Shown one piece after another: positions 1-12,583 of a DNA stretch of 64,000 nt. Source of the DNA: Hypanus sabinus. Taxonomy: Eukaryota. Both the position numbers and the translations under genes were made by a program. Under the pieces are notes generated by a model, which had not been told where the DNA came from, ran no database searches, and saw only the letters and a program-made list of their open reading frames with translations. Positions within the stretch are counted from its first letter, which is position 1; the number at the start of each line of letters is the position of its first letter. The DNA lies in contig NC_082714.1 of the NCBI RefSeq assembly GCF_030144855.1, positions 94,116,001-94,180,000 on the forward strand. The letters run 5' to 3'.

Positions 1-934
1 TCAGTACGAGTCCCATTCGTCATTGTCAGCGCACACCATGCCACCCTCCTACCCCCACCCTCCTCTATATTTAGCTTCATACCTCATCCGCTTAACCTGC
101 CTGCAAAACTACTTTTTAACTTCAACTTCTGTGGAAATATCCAGAAGGAATCCCGAGTGAAAAAGAGCCGCGCTGCCCATTGTGCGGTTTTCAGGCGAGA
201 AGTTAAACTGAAGCCGGTCTATTCATTACCACTCCACTGAAAACAGGAGAAAGTGAGCTCTTTCCGTCCCTGGAGCCAATGTCTATCAATCCAGACCAGA
301 CAGCATTACGTGAATGGTTTGTGGGAGCTTTCTGTGTAAATATTGGTCGGTGCCTTTACAATGCTGCAACATCGATTAGAAAAACACACCATTGTGTTTT
401 AAACAGCTTTGGAACGCAAGAGGCGTGATACATTTTAGAAACTTCTTCACCCGCCTTCAACACAACCATCGCCGCATGGAAACATCGTTAAACCACTTCA
501 TCAAACACTTCTAGTTTTAAAATTAACCCCGAGATAGTAGCTGTCCACCCAACTGTATGTACTTTTCTGGAGGTAGACTTCCTGTCCTAATTAGGCCTTC
601 ATGATAAACCTAACCAGAGTTCTGTCTATAGTCTCACAGACTAGAGTTAGCACTGTGTAGAGTGCTTTGAGTGTGGTCTGACCAAAGCGAGTAAGCGTGT
701 ATATTTTCTATGTGTTTGCAAACCGCGTTCCATCTGCGTGTACCTGACCCGGAGTAAACAGGAAACCCGCAGAACGCCTCTCCCTTTTTCCAATACAACC
801 AAACATTTACTAATCAGCATTACATTTGCTTCTCATCAATTACAAAGGATCTCGCCCCCTCCCTTGCGTCAAATTTACAAACCGATGAACACGCGTCTGC
901 GATTAAGACCCGGAGTTTAACTCGGTCACGAACA

Positions 935-977
935 ATGAGATGCTGCGCGGTCTTCGCGCTCTCTTTTTTAGTGCAAG
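935..977 (+). CDS. Receptor gene 1, exon 1: signal-peptide (leader) exon
   Basis: ATG at 935 reads MRCCAVFALSFLVQ + G, then donor G|GTGAGC at 978. Phase 1, joins in frame to the V exon (G+TT = Val). Confidence 0.8.
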
Positions 978-1663
978 GTGAGCGACCCGAGTTCCGAGAA
1001 AAGAAGAGCTTGGGCAGCTTGTTTCGAGGGAATGCTGATCGTTAACTAACTGAAGGGATTTGGTGGAATAATTCAGTGGATTCTAATACCAGAGGACATG
1101 CATTTAAGTTGAAATGGTGTAGTTTCGAAGAAGATGTGAAGTGCAGATAACGGTGGTGCCTGGAATACGCTGGGGAGGTGATAGGGGCAGACAGATTAGG
1201 GATTTCTATAATACGTTTATATAGGCGCATTGATACGAGGAAAGTGGACGTTGTGTCGACAGAAGAGATTAGATGGTCACTTGGTTATTAATTTAATTGG
1301 TTCAGCACAAAAGGGCCCGTTACTCTGCTGTACTGTTCTATATTCTATGTCGATATTTTTGTTTAACCACCGATACCGAAATCGGAGAAAGAAGGTAGAA
1401 TTAGGAAGTTAGATTACGCTGGAGAGGAGGTGCGGTAAATTAATTCCCACCAGGGAATGAAGTAACTGGAAGGATTTGTAATGGAGTTTTAAGAAGGGGA
1501 TTTAGATGCAATTATGAGAGCAGAGCAGCCGGTAAAACAATTAACTGTAGAGACTGAGCATGCTGCTCTTTCTGTGTTCCAAATACTCAATTCGTAAAAA
1601 GATGGCGCGCGGATAAAGTCGCTGTGAGAAATCCACTCTGTGATCAAATCTTCCTTCTCTCAG

Positions 1664-1990
1664 TTTCTATGTCTCAGGCCGCCTTGTTCCAGTTTCCGCC
1701 GATTCAGACCATCCCTGTCGGAGGTCGGGCCATCCTGAATTGTAGCCGGGACACCGGTGCGTTTTCTTCTATAATTTGGTATAAACGGAGTGACCAAAGG
1801 CATCTGCAGTTCGTTTATAGGGTGGGCAAATTCGTGAAAGCGCAGGGGAGGTTCTCGGGGCAGGTGGACGAAAAATCGGCCACTTACTCCCTGGAGATTG
1901 AAAACGTCCAGCAAAATGATTCCGGAATCTACTTCTGCGCACACCAGCTCTATGGCGAGTTCGGCAATGGATCCAATCTCGTGGTCTCAG
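1664..1990 (+). CDS. Receptor gene 1, exon 2: V-set Ig domain with fused J-like segment (VJ in one exon)
   Basis: Acceptor ttccttctctcag at 1663. Motifs LNC, IIWYK, DSGIYFC and FGNGSNLVVS. Donor TCAG|GTAACC at 1991 (phase 1). No RSS between V and J. Confidence 0.92.
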
Positions 1991-2599
1991 GTAACCCGCA
2001 GAAACAAGTTCAGCATTTCTGCTGATCTCGGTACCCTTTTTAAAAGTCCATGACCCTACAGGGCGTAGGAGCTGAAAGCAGCTCGCCAGAGTCCTCTGTA
2101 ATGGGCCACTTTCAAATTGACCCAGAGTGTAGCACAATTCCGGAGGTCCCTCTTCTCCCGGGGAAATTCTGTTTGAGTTACGGTCGCACTGAAGTTTTAC
2201 GAACACCATGCCCAACCCTACTCCTTTCGTGGTTTGTGACTGCATATGGTAGCGTTTTGCCATATAGTGTACGCAGAGGGTATAATTGAGACGGGAATTT
2301 GTGATGCTGTTGGAAGTGCGGAGATTAGGTTTGAGCAACGGAGCGACTGATGAGGTTAATTCAGTTTAATTTAATGATACAGCACGGCATCAGTCTCTTT
2401 CAATTACGAGTTAATTTTCACGTCTTTAGAAAGTGGGAGGAAATCGGAACACCCGGAGAAAATCTACGCGTTTCGTACTAACCCCTTACATGTACCGACG
2501 TAGATTGAAAAATAGTCTTACAGTTGGCTCAGTAAAGCGTTTCCATAACCGCTACGCTACCACCCATAAAGGTGGTCAGAACAATTGCAGATGAAGTTT

Positions 2600-4930
2600 A
2601 TATCTGGGAAATTTGAGGCGAAGTGTTTTGGAAGCTCGGCAACAGATATAATGAACAGGAGTAGCAAAGGAGCCTTGGAGACAAGGTGGTGAAGCAAACA
2701 TACCAAATAGTTGTCTTCAGTTGCCGCGGAATAGAATCTAAGAGCAAGGAAGTGGGTATATTCAAACTGTATAACACGTTAATCAAACCGAAATTGGAGT
2801 CGTCTGTTAAAATTGGAGCCAATGCGTTAATTGGAGCAAGGGCACGATTGCGCTGGAGAGGATACAGAGAGGATTCAACAGTTTTGCGTCCTCGAAGTTC
2901 TCGAATATTTAATGCTCATCATAAAAGGCTCAGGTCGGATCTAAGTGAATGAAGTTTGTGATAAGATTATCAATTATCTCATCAGTTTCATGGCAGATGT
3001 ATTTTCCCTCTCGATCCCATTCTTTTGCGTTCTCCACGTAGCCTTTGACACTCTTACTAATTAAGATCCTATCAACCTCGGCTTTAAGCATTGGACTGCA
3101 TAGACCCCTGCAGCAATGAATTCAACAGATGCACAACCTTCTGGCTCGTCATTTTGAAAAAGTTTCAGCTGGGGAGCGGTTTTGAAATAGTAGTCGTGAC
3201 TGCACATATTTCAAGTGGTTATGGAAAATAAAAGTTCGCATGAACCAGAAATAAACCTCTTAGACTGGGCAAATCCATGTTCGTTAATATTAGACAGGAG
3301 CAGGATAGAGTTCAAGGGAACAGCCCCTTGTCGGTAAGCCCCTATGTGTATGGAAGAAATAGGAAGAACTCAGGGCCAACATGCTCTTGTGAGGGTCAAA
3401 GGAAGATGACATAATCTCAGAAACCATGTGCAACAAGGTTTTTGAGGATTGACAAAGTAAACAAAAAATGAAACGCATGTTATGTATAGAAAGTTAAAGA
3501 CTATCGAAGCCCTTCCTGGTATCAAAAAGGAAGGCGATGCTTAAAAGACAGATTAATTAAAGTCACAAAATATCAATGGCAAGCAGATAAGAGTTTATCT
3601 GCAAGCCACATAGAAGTGTATCAAGGGCGAAAGATCATCCAAGGAAATATTAAAGCCCATTACCAGCAACGGACGAATCTGTCTTTGGAGGCAGAAGATA
3701 TTGGAATGGTCCTATATGAGTACGCTTCATCAAAATTCACAAAGGTAGCCCATCTTTTAGATGGAGGCTTCAGTGAAGGGAAAGGTGAACTTTTGGTGTA
3801 AATCTCAATAAATGAAGAACAAACGTTTGAAGCCACAGCGGCATTAAAAGTCAAAAATCACCGGATCTATCCGAAGCATTTGTGGCAAGCAAAGTGTGAG
3901 ATTGCTGGGTCTTTAAGTGAGGTATTGCAAATGTACGCGCGGTACATGTGAGGCTCCAGGAAGGTAGCAGTTGGAGTACCAGGGAAAAGACTGGCAAAAA
4001 TAGACCTATGAGTGGTAGGGATCTTAAAAGACTGAACTTCAAAGGACAGGATTAATAATATGTTGCAGTGACAAGGTCTAATCAGAGACAGCTACTGTGT
4101 CAGTAGCTGATCATATCTGAGAAATCTGAATCGAAATTCTTCAAGAGGTAGCCAAGTCTATGATATAGAGAGTACAATCAATGTATGTTTTACATGCACT
4201 TCAGAGACGCCTCTGACAAGGTTCCACATAGACATGGACCAGGGCAATTTGGCAAACGATTCCACATTAGACTGGCAACAAGGGCACGAGAAGGTTGGAT
4301 GCCTGTTACTCGCGGTGTTCTCCAAGAATAGATGGTGGAACCTTGGCTCTTTGAAATATTCTTGAATAGTTTAGATTCTGATTTCAGAAGCAAGATCAGT
4401 AAATTTGTGGAGAATACAAAGAAGGGTGAAATAGTGGATAGTGCCGATAGTGTGAAATTTAGTCTTTGTCCAAGGGGTGATACTGAAGTGTTGATGCAAT
4501 GCATTATTAATGTTAACCCGGAACAGCGCGAGTGGACGCGTTTTGGTAGGATTAATGAAGAAAGTAGATGAGAAACATAGAGGTTGTGGTAGAGAAAGTC
4601 CTTGGATTACAAATCCAGTGATCATTCAAGGTGGCATCTCACGTACATACTGTGATTATGAAGGGAAATGGATATTGGCCTTTCATTAGTCAGGTTATTG
4701 AATTGAGAGACAGGGAGGTTATAGACAGGAAGTAAGCAGCGTGAAGCCCTTCCACACATTTGAGGTAGACATACAAAAGAGCAGAGATTTATTCTAAGGT
4801 AGAAGATTTTCGTGGGGAGCTGAAGAGGATCAACCATCATAAAATGGTTGCAGTAGATTTGCTGACAGCATCTAAGAGGTGTCTAGATGTGTTCAGTGAT
4901 TACTTAGAGAGAAGGATCTTTGCTAAGTGT
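2600..4930 (+). mobile_element. Decayed CR1-type LINE ORF2 fragments in intron 2
   Basis: RT-like remnants IESKSKEVGIFKLYNTLIKPKLESSV and WLFEIFLNSLDSDFRSKISKFVENTK, with many stops and frameshifts. Confidence 0.75.
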
Positions 4931-5625
4931 AGGAAGATGGGATTAATGATGATTGGTGCCCACTAGTCGAGATGATAATCCATATTGTCTGCTTCCCCGC
5001 GTGTGTCTCTATCACAACGATGTCGTTTCGTTTGCGAGGAGCGGCTGTAACGTTGCTTTGTTTTCCTTGGGGCGGAGAGGGTAAGATGATAGAAGTGTGA
5101 AACATCAGCTGAGCCTAATCCCGGGTCAACATACAATGACCAATTAACCTACTGACCGGTACGATTTTCGACGGAGCCAGGAAACCGGATCATCCGGAGG
5201 AAACCTACCTTACCACGAGGAATTTTCGTTTCAGGGCGAGAAAATCCTTACAATGGAAGCCGGGGTTGAACTCCAAACTCCGCCTCGATGTATAATAGCG
5301 TTTCGCTAAACGCTCTGCTGCCGAGGCGCTGGTAAATGTATCGATAAACCTATATAGAGGAGGGCTAGGAAATTTAGAGAAGGCTTGAAGAAGGATGTTT
5401 CTCTCCGAGGGGCGATGGGATCTCACTCCCTGAGGGGTAGCGATGCAGCAACTCGCTCAGTTTTGGAGCGAACTATCACAGACAGAGGGCCTTATAAACT
5501 AGGATTAGCATAGTTATGTACTTGACCGCCACCCCGGGGAAGATGACCAGAATAGCCTGTTTTTGAAACGGTGATTAAAATTGGCCATCCAATTAATACA
5601 GTGTTGTTGTGTTTTCTGCATTCAG

Positions 5626-5916
5626 CACAGCCTCCCAACATATTCTTATTAGCGCCGCAAGCGGATCAAATTGCTCAAATGCAACTGGTGACATTGATGT
5701 GTTTGGTGAGAGGCGTGTCTTCCCACTCGCTGAGAATCCGCTGGAACATATCAGGAAATACCAAAGAAGGTCGCGTTGATCCCCCGATATTTGATCCGGA
5801 CGGAGGCTACAGCGTTAGAAGCCGGTTCCAGATCCCGGTGGAAAGTTGGCGCAGCGGCGCCGTCTGCTCTTGCGCCACTGGACAGCTGGTCAGTGACAGT
5901 GTCTCCGCTCGGACAG
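5626..5916 (+). CDS. Receptor gene 1, exon 3: C1-type Ig constant domain
   Basis: Acceptor gttttctgcattcag at 5625. Reads PPNIFLLAP...TLMCLV...RIRW...DGGYSVRS...SWRSGAVCSC. Donor ACAG|GTATCG at 5917. Phase 1-1, no stop codon before the donor. Confidence 0.9.
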
Positions 5917-8909
5917 GTATCGTAGAAACTAGCGATTCCCATTAGCTTTATGACGCGAGGCCATTCGGCCCTTTGTGTTAATGCCTAGCATCAACTTATC
6001 CCGCTCTACAGCGCTGTCTCCGTGGCCCCAATGGCTCTACTGCTGCATTCAAACACTGTGTTAATGCGAGCAGAGCTTCTCTCCCCTCGCCACCGATCCT
6101 GGAAACTTTCACCTCTCTCCTAGTGAATACATTTCCCTCATTTCCTTCATCATCACTCAAAATTAAATTTTAATGGGCACCTCTTGGTTTGCCCATCTGC
6201 TGAGAGAAATGGTCAGAATCAGAATCAGATTTATTATCATTGATTTTTATTCATAATAATTCATTTTTTGTTTCTTCAAACTACAAAGTACATTTATTAT
6301 CAAAGTAAGTATATGTCACGATATATCGCATTGAGATCACAGACATTCACAGTAGAACAAGAAAGAAATACAGCAGAATTTGTTAAAAGCTATGAATAGC
6401 GAAAACTGACAAACAACCAATGTAAAAAAGAAGTCAAATCGCACAGATAATAAATGTTAATAAATAATAATGAGTTGTAGAGTCCTTGAAAATACTCATC
6501 TCCCGACGCACGACTGCGATAATTGTTGGATAGATGAGCTTTACTTGTCAAGTGTACATCGAAAAATACAGTGAGCTGCGTCTTTTGCGTCAAACCAAAT
6601 CGGCAAAGGTGTGCTGGGGCTGCACATAAGTCCCGCCATGCTTCCGGCGGCAGCATACCATGTCTGTAACTCACTAACCCAAACCCAATGTCCTCGGAAT
6701 GTGAGAGCAAACCGGAGCACACAGAGGCAACCCACGGGGTTACCGGGAGAATCTCTTTACAGACAGCAACAGGAATCGAGCCACGATCTTTCAGCCGGCA
6801 TTGTAATTTGTTTCACGAACCGATACGTTACCACACAGCCCTATAAGTTTCCCCATAGTCACCTCAGAATTTATTTCATGGGGGAAACGGGTTACAAAAC
6901 ATTCAACTCATCACAAGACATAAGTAGTTCGGTCCCGAAAATGACCTATTCACCGCCGACTCTGTCGGTTAACCATTCCCCTCTCCAGGCCAATATATCG
7001 CTTCCCAGCGTCGGGCGCGCTTAGCTGTGACAGATCGAATACCTCTGAACATGCGCGACCCTGTAGTTTCCAGTTCGCCTTTACCTGTCATATTTGTTAT
7101 AATCTCAGAAGTTAGTAAATTTTAAACTCAAATCGCTCTGGACCGGATGTATATTTCTATGGGCCCTTTGAACAGTGTTCTTACAGGATTTAGATAGGTA
7201 CATGGATAAAAGGAAAATGGAGGATAATGTAGAAGGTAAGGAATAGACTGATCTTTGAGTGAAAAGGTCGGCGCAACATCATTATGCTTGTACTGTGCTG
7301 TACGGATTTCCGTTCTCTGATCTATTCATCTCAAAAGCTAGTCGTCATGGCTCTTACATCTTGTTATTCACCTTCACTACGCTTTCTTTGCAACTGCAAT
7401 CATTCATCAGTGTCTCCTTTTGTGCTAGTCTGTGTTTCATGTGCAATATGATCTGTCTGGATGGCAAACTTTTCACAGCATCTCGGTTTATGTAATGACA
7501 ATAAACCTGATACTAATTGCTATAATCTTCCAAGATTTATTACATTCCAAATTAGACCCAGATACAAAGCTTGTAAATGAAAGTGACCAAGCAGATCATT
7601 TTCTATGACATTCCCTCAGGCTCTTACAGTCCTTAATCTCGTGTTTGTTATTGGCCGAGTCAGGACTTGAAGCACACTGTCCCTGATGTCTGACCATTGT
7701 ATCCCCTTTAACCTTGCCGCATTGAAAGGGAAATCATACTTCCTTTGATTCTTTGTTGCCACATTGTTACCAGCGACGCCTTCCTTACTGTGAGGCAGCG
7801 GGAATATCTGGTGGAATGTCACATGATCACGCGGAAACGTGCACACTTCACAGGGGGGACATTCCCGAGCTGGATCGAAATCGTGTCCTTAGAGTAACGA
7901 GCTACCTTTACAATAGAATAGAGCGAATATATCCGAGACAGAGCGACAAACAGCGAATGACGTTGGCCAGCAAGCGAAGGGTAATCAGAGACCACACTCC
8001 TCAACCTTGATAGAAGTGTTGCAGTGAGGACCGTTAATGTTATTGGTATTAACCCAGTACCAGACTAGAGCAGAAGTTGAAAAACATTTAAATGCCACCG
8101 GAAGCGCAAGTACCAGTGTGGGATTGTTGGGCCGAAAGGCCAGTTCCTGTGACGAGTAGAGAGCCATTTGGATAGACTGTTTTAGAGATCTCAGGTCAGT
8201 ATATTCAGAAGAAATGAGAGATTAAAGCATAAGACCACAAGACGTTGTATTATTCAGCTCATCGAGTCTGCTCCGCTATTCCATCGTCGCTGCTTCACTG
8301 AAGCCCTCAAGCCTATTCTGCTGACTTTCCCAAAACCTCTGACGCTCTTGTTAATCGAGAAACCAACAACCTCTTCTTTAAGTATATCAATTGTAATCTC
8401 AGCTAGCTCCATGATGGCCGACAGTATCCTTAGTATCTAGGACACTTGCAAAACGCCATGCTTCAAAAAGGGGCATCTATCATTATGGACCACATCACCC
8501 AGGACATGCCCTCTGCGCATTGCTTCTCTCAAGATGGAACTATAAGAGTCTGAAAAGTTTTAGGATCAGCTTCTTCCCGTCCGCCATCAGATATTCGAAT
8601 GGACAATTAACCCATGAATACTGCCTCAGGATATTCCCTCTCTTTTTCCACTAATTTAATTTGCAGACGGACAGACAGCCGGACACATACATATAACTCC
8701 TATTGTAATTTATAGTTTTGATTATTGCGTATTGCAATATACTGCCGCAGCAACACAGCAAGTCTCACGACAAATGCCCGATTCTGATTCTGATAATACC
8801 TTGAATTTATGTTCAATCTGTTGAGTAATCAGAACACACAGGCCAAGAAATGCAGATTGGAACTAACGATAAATTATTTTTAATTGAAAGTTGATTCTAT
8901 GTCCTTCAG

Positions 8910-9029
8910 ACAGACTGCAGCTCCAACTCTGTCATGTGCTTTCAATTGGTCTGGCGGCGACCCTCGTGTTCCTTGCTGTTGGGGCGACCACTGTGGCTAT
9001 TAGAAGGTATCGGAAGGAACGCAAACCAG
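8910..9029 (+). CDS. Receptor gene 1, exon 4: stalk plus transmembrane segment
   Basis: Acceptor tatgtccttcag at 8909. Reads DRLQLQLCHVLSIGLAATLVFLAVGATTVAIRRYRKERKP (hydrophobic run then basic stop-transfer). Donor CCAG|GTAACG at 9030. Phase 1-1. Open paralog at 57411-57530. Confidence 0.85.
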
Positions 9030-9129
9030 GTAACGTTTTGGCCTTAACCCAATCATGACCTGAACTTCTCGCCAAACGGAACTTCTCCCTTCGAAAAAAA
9101 GCTCATTTTAAAACATTTCTTTCAATCAG

Positions 9130-9188
9130 TAAAAGGAGAAACGGCAGGCAAAAGCACCACCACCCGGCGAAAGGATCGAGAACGTGAT
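9130..9188 (+). CDS. Receptor gene 1, exon 5: cytoplasmic
   Basis: 100-nt intron, acceptor tttctttcaatcag at 9129. Reads VKGETAGKSTTTRRKDRERD. Donor GAT|GTAAGT at 9189 (phase 0). Open and donor-conserved in the paralog at 57632-57690. Confidence 0.7.
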
Positions 9189-9239
9189 GTAAGTACACAC
9201 AATTTCAAGTACACCTGTAAACCTGCCCGTTAATGCGAT

Positions 9240-9545
9240 ACGCTGGCGTTTACTGGCATACTATTCTGTAGTGCTTAATGAGGTTGGTTTAGAAAAAAAA
9301 CAATCAACAGAGGCAGTGATGTGGACGAAACCTTCTTGTTAAAGAGAGAGGTTAGAGGAGAATGGGCAGGCTGGTTCAAGCTGACAGGAAGGTGAAGGTA
9401 ACTTAAATCATCACGTGTTACGGCAATGGTGTCCGAAGAGCATCTCTGAGCGCACAATGCGTCGAAACTTGAAGTGAATGGGCTACAACAGTAGAATACC
9501 ACATTGGACTCCACACCTGTACCCAATGATCCCGTTTACAAGCAG
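9240..9545 (+). mobile_element. Tc1-like transposon fragment
   Basis: HTH remnant RRMGRLVQADRKV...MGYNSRIPH. Related copies at about 57720-58030 (+) and 63480-63830 (-). Confidence 0.65.
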
Positions 9546-10179
9546 GTAATAGCTTTGCGTTCAGAATAGCACAACACGGGAACAGTTCTTTCAGCCTACG
9601 ATGTTCCATTGAGCTAATTGAATTAATAATCAAATACGCAACTGCACTAAATACTTCCGCTTGAAGAATGTCCATATTCTTCAATTTCCAGCACATCTAT
9701 GTGCCTATCGTAAAGTATGCAGAACCGCTCTATCGCATTTTCCTCCACCAACACCTTGGGCAGCGAATTCCGGGCTCCTACCATTCTCTGTGTTAAAACA
9801 TCTCCTTTGAACTTAAGCCAGTTTACCTTAAGCGCTTGCCTCGTTCCAACAATGTAGAGAAGCGATTCTGGCTACCTTTTCTATCTGTGTCTCTCACAGT
9901 AAGTAACTCTCTGACAAACAGCCCCTCAGTCTCAGAAATTCCGGAGAAAACACGTTTGCTCAAGTTCAAGTTCAAGTTCAGTTTCTTGTCATTCAGCTGT
10001 ACATATATATATCGCCAAATGAAACAGCGTTCCTCCGGACCAAGTTGCACCACGCAGTACATACAAATTACAAACCACACATTAAGTCATATAGCCATAA
10101 TAACCACAAATATTTTAACAAATAATCTAAAGCATACGGCACAAATCAAAGGTAAACAGTATAACGCCAATGACACTTC

Positions 10180-11640
10180 ATACGTGCTGAGTCATGGGGG
10201 GTGGCAGGGAATTTAGTAGTCTTATGTCCTGTGGGATGAAGCTGTTTCCCACCCTAAAAGCTCTTGTTTTAGTAATCCGGTACCGCCTGCCTGATGGTAG
10301 GGGATAAGAAAGATTGCTTGAAGAATGGGAGGGATTATTGACAATGTAAGAATTCGTATGCAGGGCCAAACTCTCCTTACAGCAGATGCTCTTTATTCCA
10401 TACAGCATCCCAAAAATCTTCTTCTGCACTCGTTCCAAAGCTTCAACATCCATCCAATAATGAAGCCGATCAAAATGGAATTCAGAGATATATGAACTCA
10501 ACTCCAAAATCCCTCTATATGTCACTGGTGTTAAGGGTCTTATCATTAATAGTGTACCAACCCTTCATAATGCAACATTTCTCACTTGGTGTGATTAAAC
10601 TCTGTCATTTGCCCGTATCTGCAACTGATCTGTATCCGTTGGTTGCCTTTTACACTGTCCAATACTTTGGTATCAACTGCAAACTTACTAATCCACCAAT
10701 TTACATTTTCATCCAGGTCATTTTTATACATCACGTATCTCAGAGGTCCCAATACAGATCTATGCGGAACACAGCCCCCGGAGCTGGAATAAGTCCCTTC
10801 GACATGTACCCTCTGTCTTCTATGTGCAAGCCTGTTCTGAATCCAAATCATAGAACCTATGCAATATTAATCATCAATTGAGCCTCCTATATGGAACCTT
10901 GTCAAACGCCTTACAATATTCTATGTAGACAATATCCATAGCTCTGTCTACAAGACATCACCATCGTCACTTCTTCTAAAATCTTAATCAAATTAGGAAG
11001 ACAACACTTGCCCCGCATATAGACAGGATTTCCAAACGCTCATAAATCCGATCATAAAGAATTATTTCCAGTAACGTCCCTACCACTGACGGGAATATCA
11101 CTGGTCTAAAATTCTCAAGATAATCCCTATTTCCTTTCAAAAATACTGGAACATTAGCTACTTACTAGTTCTCAGAGGCTCTGTTTGATTTTTTAGCTTT
11201 GCAAGCATTTTTTTAACCAAAAGATTGCCTTTCCTTCTGGACCGGATCCGCTGTCTGTCTCGATACTTGCGCCAAAACAGTTGTTCCCAATTGACGCTGT
11301 CCAGTTTCTGTCTAATATTCACTAACTTATCCTGTTCGAATGTAATGGTATTTATAATATTCTTATGTACGGCTATCTGAAAAAAACTATGTTGTGATCA
11401 CCGTTCCCTAAATGTTCTCCCATTAAAATTCAGTCGGTTGGGCAGGCTGATTATCAAACTCCGGTTCAATTTTGCCCCATCCTCTTGTTGGAACATCTGC
11501 AGATTGATATAGAAACTATTTAGGATTCAGCAAACAAATGTTGCACTGTATAAATCTCTTGCTTTAAGAAGATCCCACTCTGTTAGGAAAGTTGAAGTCA
11601 CCCACAACAACACTGTTGTTTTTATACCTTAGTGTAGGAT
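10180..11640 (-). mobile_element. Rex1/Babar 3' end plus CR1 RT fragments
   Basis: Minus strand reads LPSGRRYRITKTRAFRVGNSFIPQDIRLLN (Rex1-type) and VPHRSVLGPLRYVMYKNDLDENVNWWISKFAVDTK (CR1 RT). Confidence 0.7.
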
Positions 11641-12550
11641 TCATTGTTCTAAAACACATTCCAGATGCGACAATAGACAGAATCTAACACCAAACTATTA
11701 ATTCATTTGACCCGTAGCTGGTCCCACCCGGTCGGGGGGGGGTGTCTTTAAACGAGGAGCGGTCGGGTGTCCAGCTCCGCAGCAGTGAACATTGACAATG
11801 TTGGCGTTAGTCCTCAACAACAGAGAGCAGATATCTTGAGAAGTGGAGTTGCGGAAGAAGAGAAAGAATGCAACAGGGAATGGAATTGGACAGGGAATTT
11901 GAGGAGATTTCAATTGCAGAGAAAAAGCTTAACAGAGTTACAGATCGGCGAGGAGATTGAGGTTGGAGTGTGCAGCATTGATAAAGGGGTTTAGGATTTG
12001 GACGAATTACCCAGATCGAAGACGGTTTAAAGATTAGATAGATTACACAGATAGACGGTTTCGAGGCTGGAGGGGGTCACACGGAGTGTTATACCGGCGG
12101 GAGGGGTTACGCAAATAGGCTGCTGTGCAGGTGCTTAAGCAGTGCAGAGACGGAAGGGATTTACATATAGTAGATAGGGAAGGACATTGGTGCTGCTGGC
12201 ATTAGATGAGAAGGGAGACATGGAAGATGAAAGGCCGGAAGACACTGCATTTAAGGAACAGCAGGACGTCCATGGGCCTTAGGATATTATGGATTTATTA
12301 GGTCCACGACTGGACAAGATTACACAGAGTACGGACTGAAAAATAATATTGAAATCAGGAGGACATCACAGGGACAGTTGTTTGGCTGTAATCAGGGAAA
12401 TTAAAGGTGAATGAAACTTTGCTCCATAATATCACATCCCTTTGATTTGGAATTAACGCGTGATTAAATTTCCTCATACACACAGCCTGGCGAGGAATGG
12501 TGCAGGGTGGGGAGTGATACAGTAACCAATCTCATGCCATTCCCTTACAG

Positions 12551-12583
12551 ATCTACGCCCAGCTGGCGATTGATACTAAGTGA
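12551..12583 (+). CDS. Receptor gene 1, exon 6: terminal cytoplasmic exon with tyrosine motif (IYAQLAIDTK*)
   Basis: Branch-like gtaac plus acceptor cattcccttacag at 12550. Phase 0 matches exon 5. IYAQL is identical in the paralog (61653). AATAAA follows at 12991. An additional unseen exon in intron 5 cannot be excluded. Confidence 0.7.
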   Translation: MYAQLAIDTK

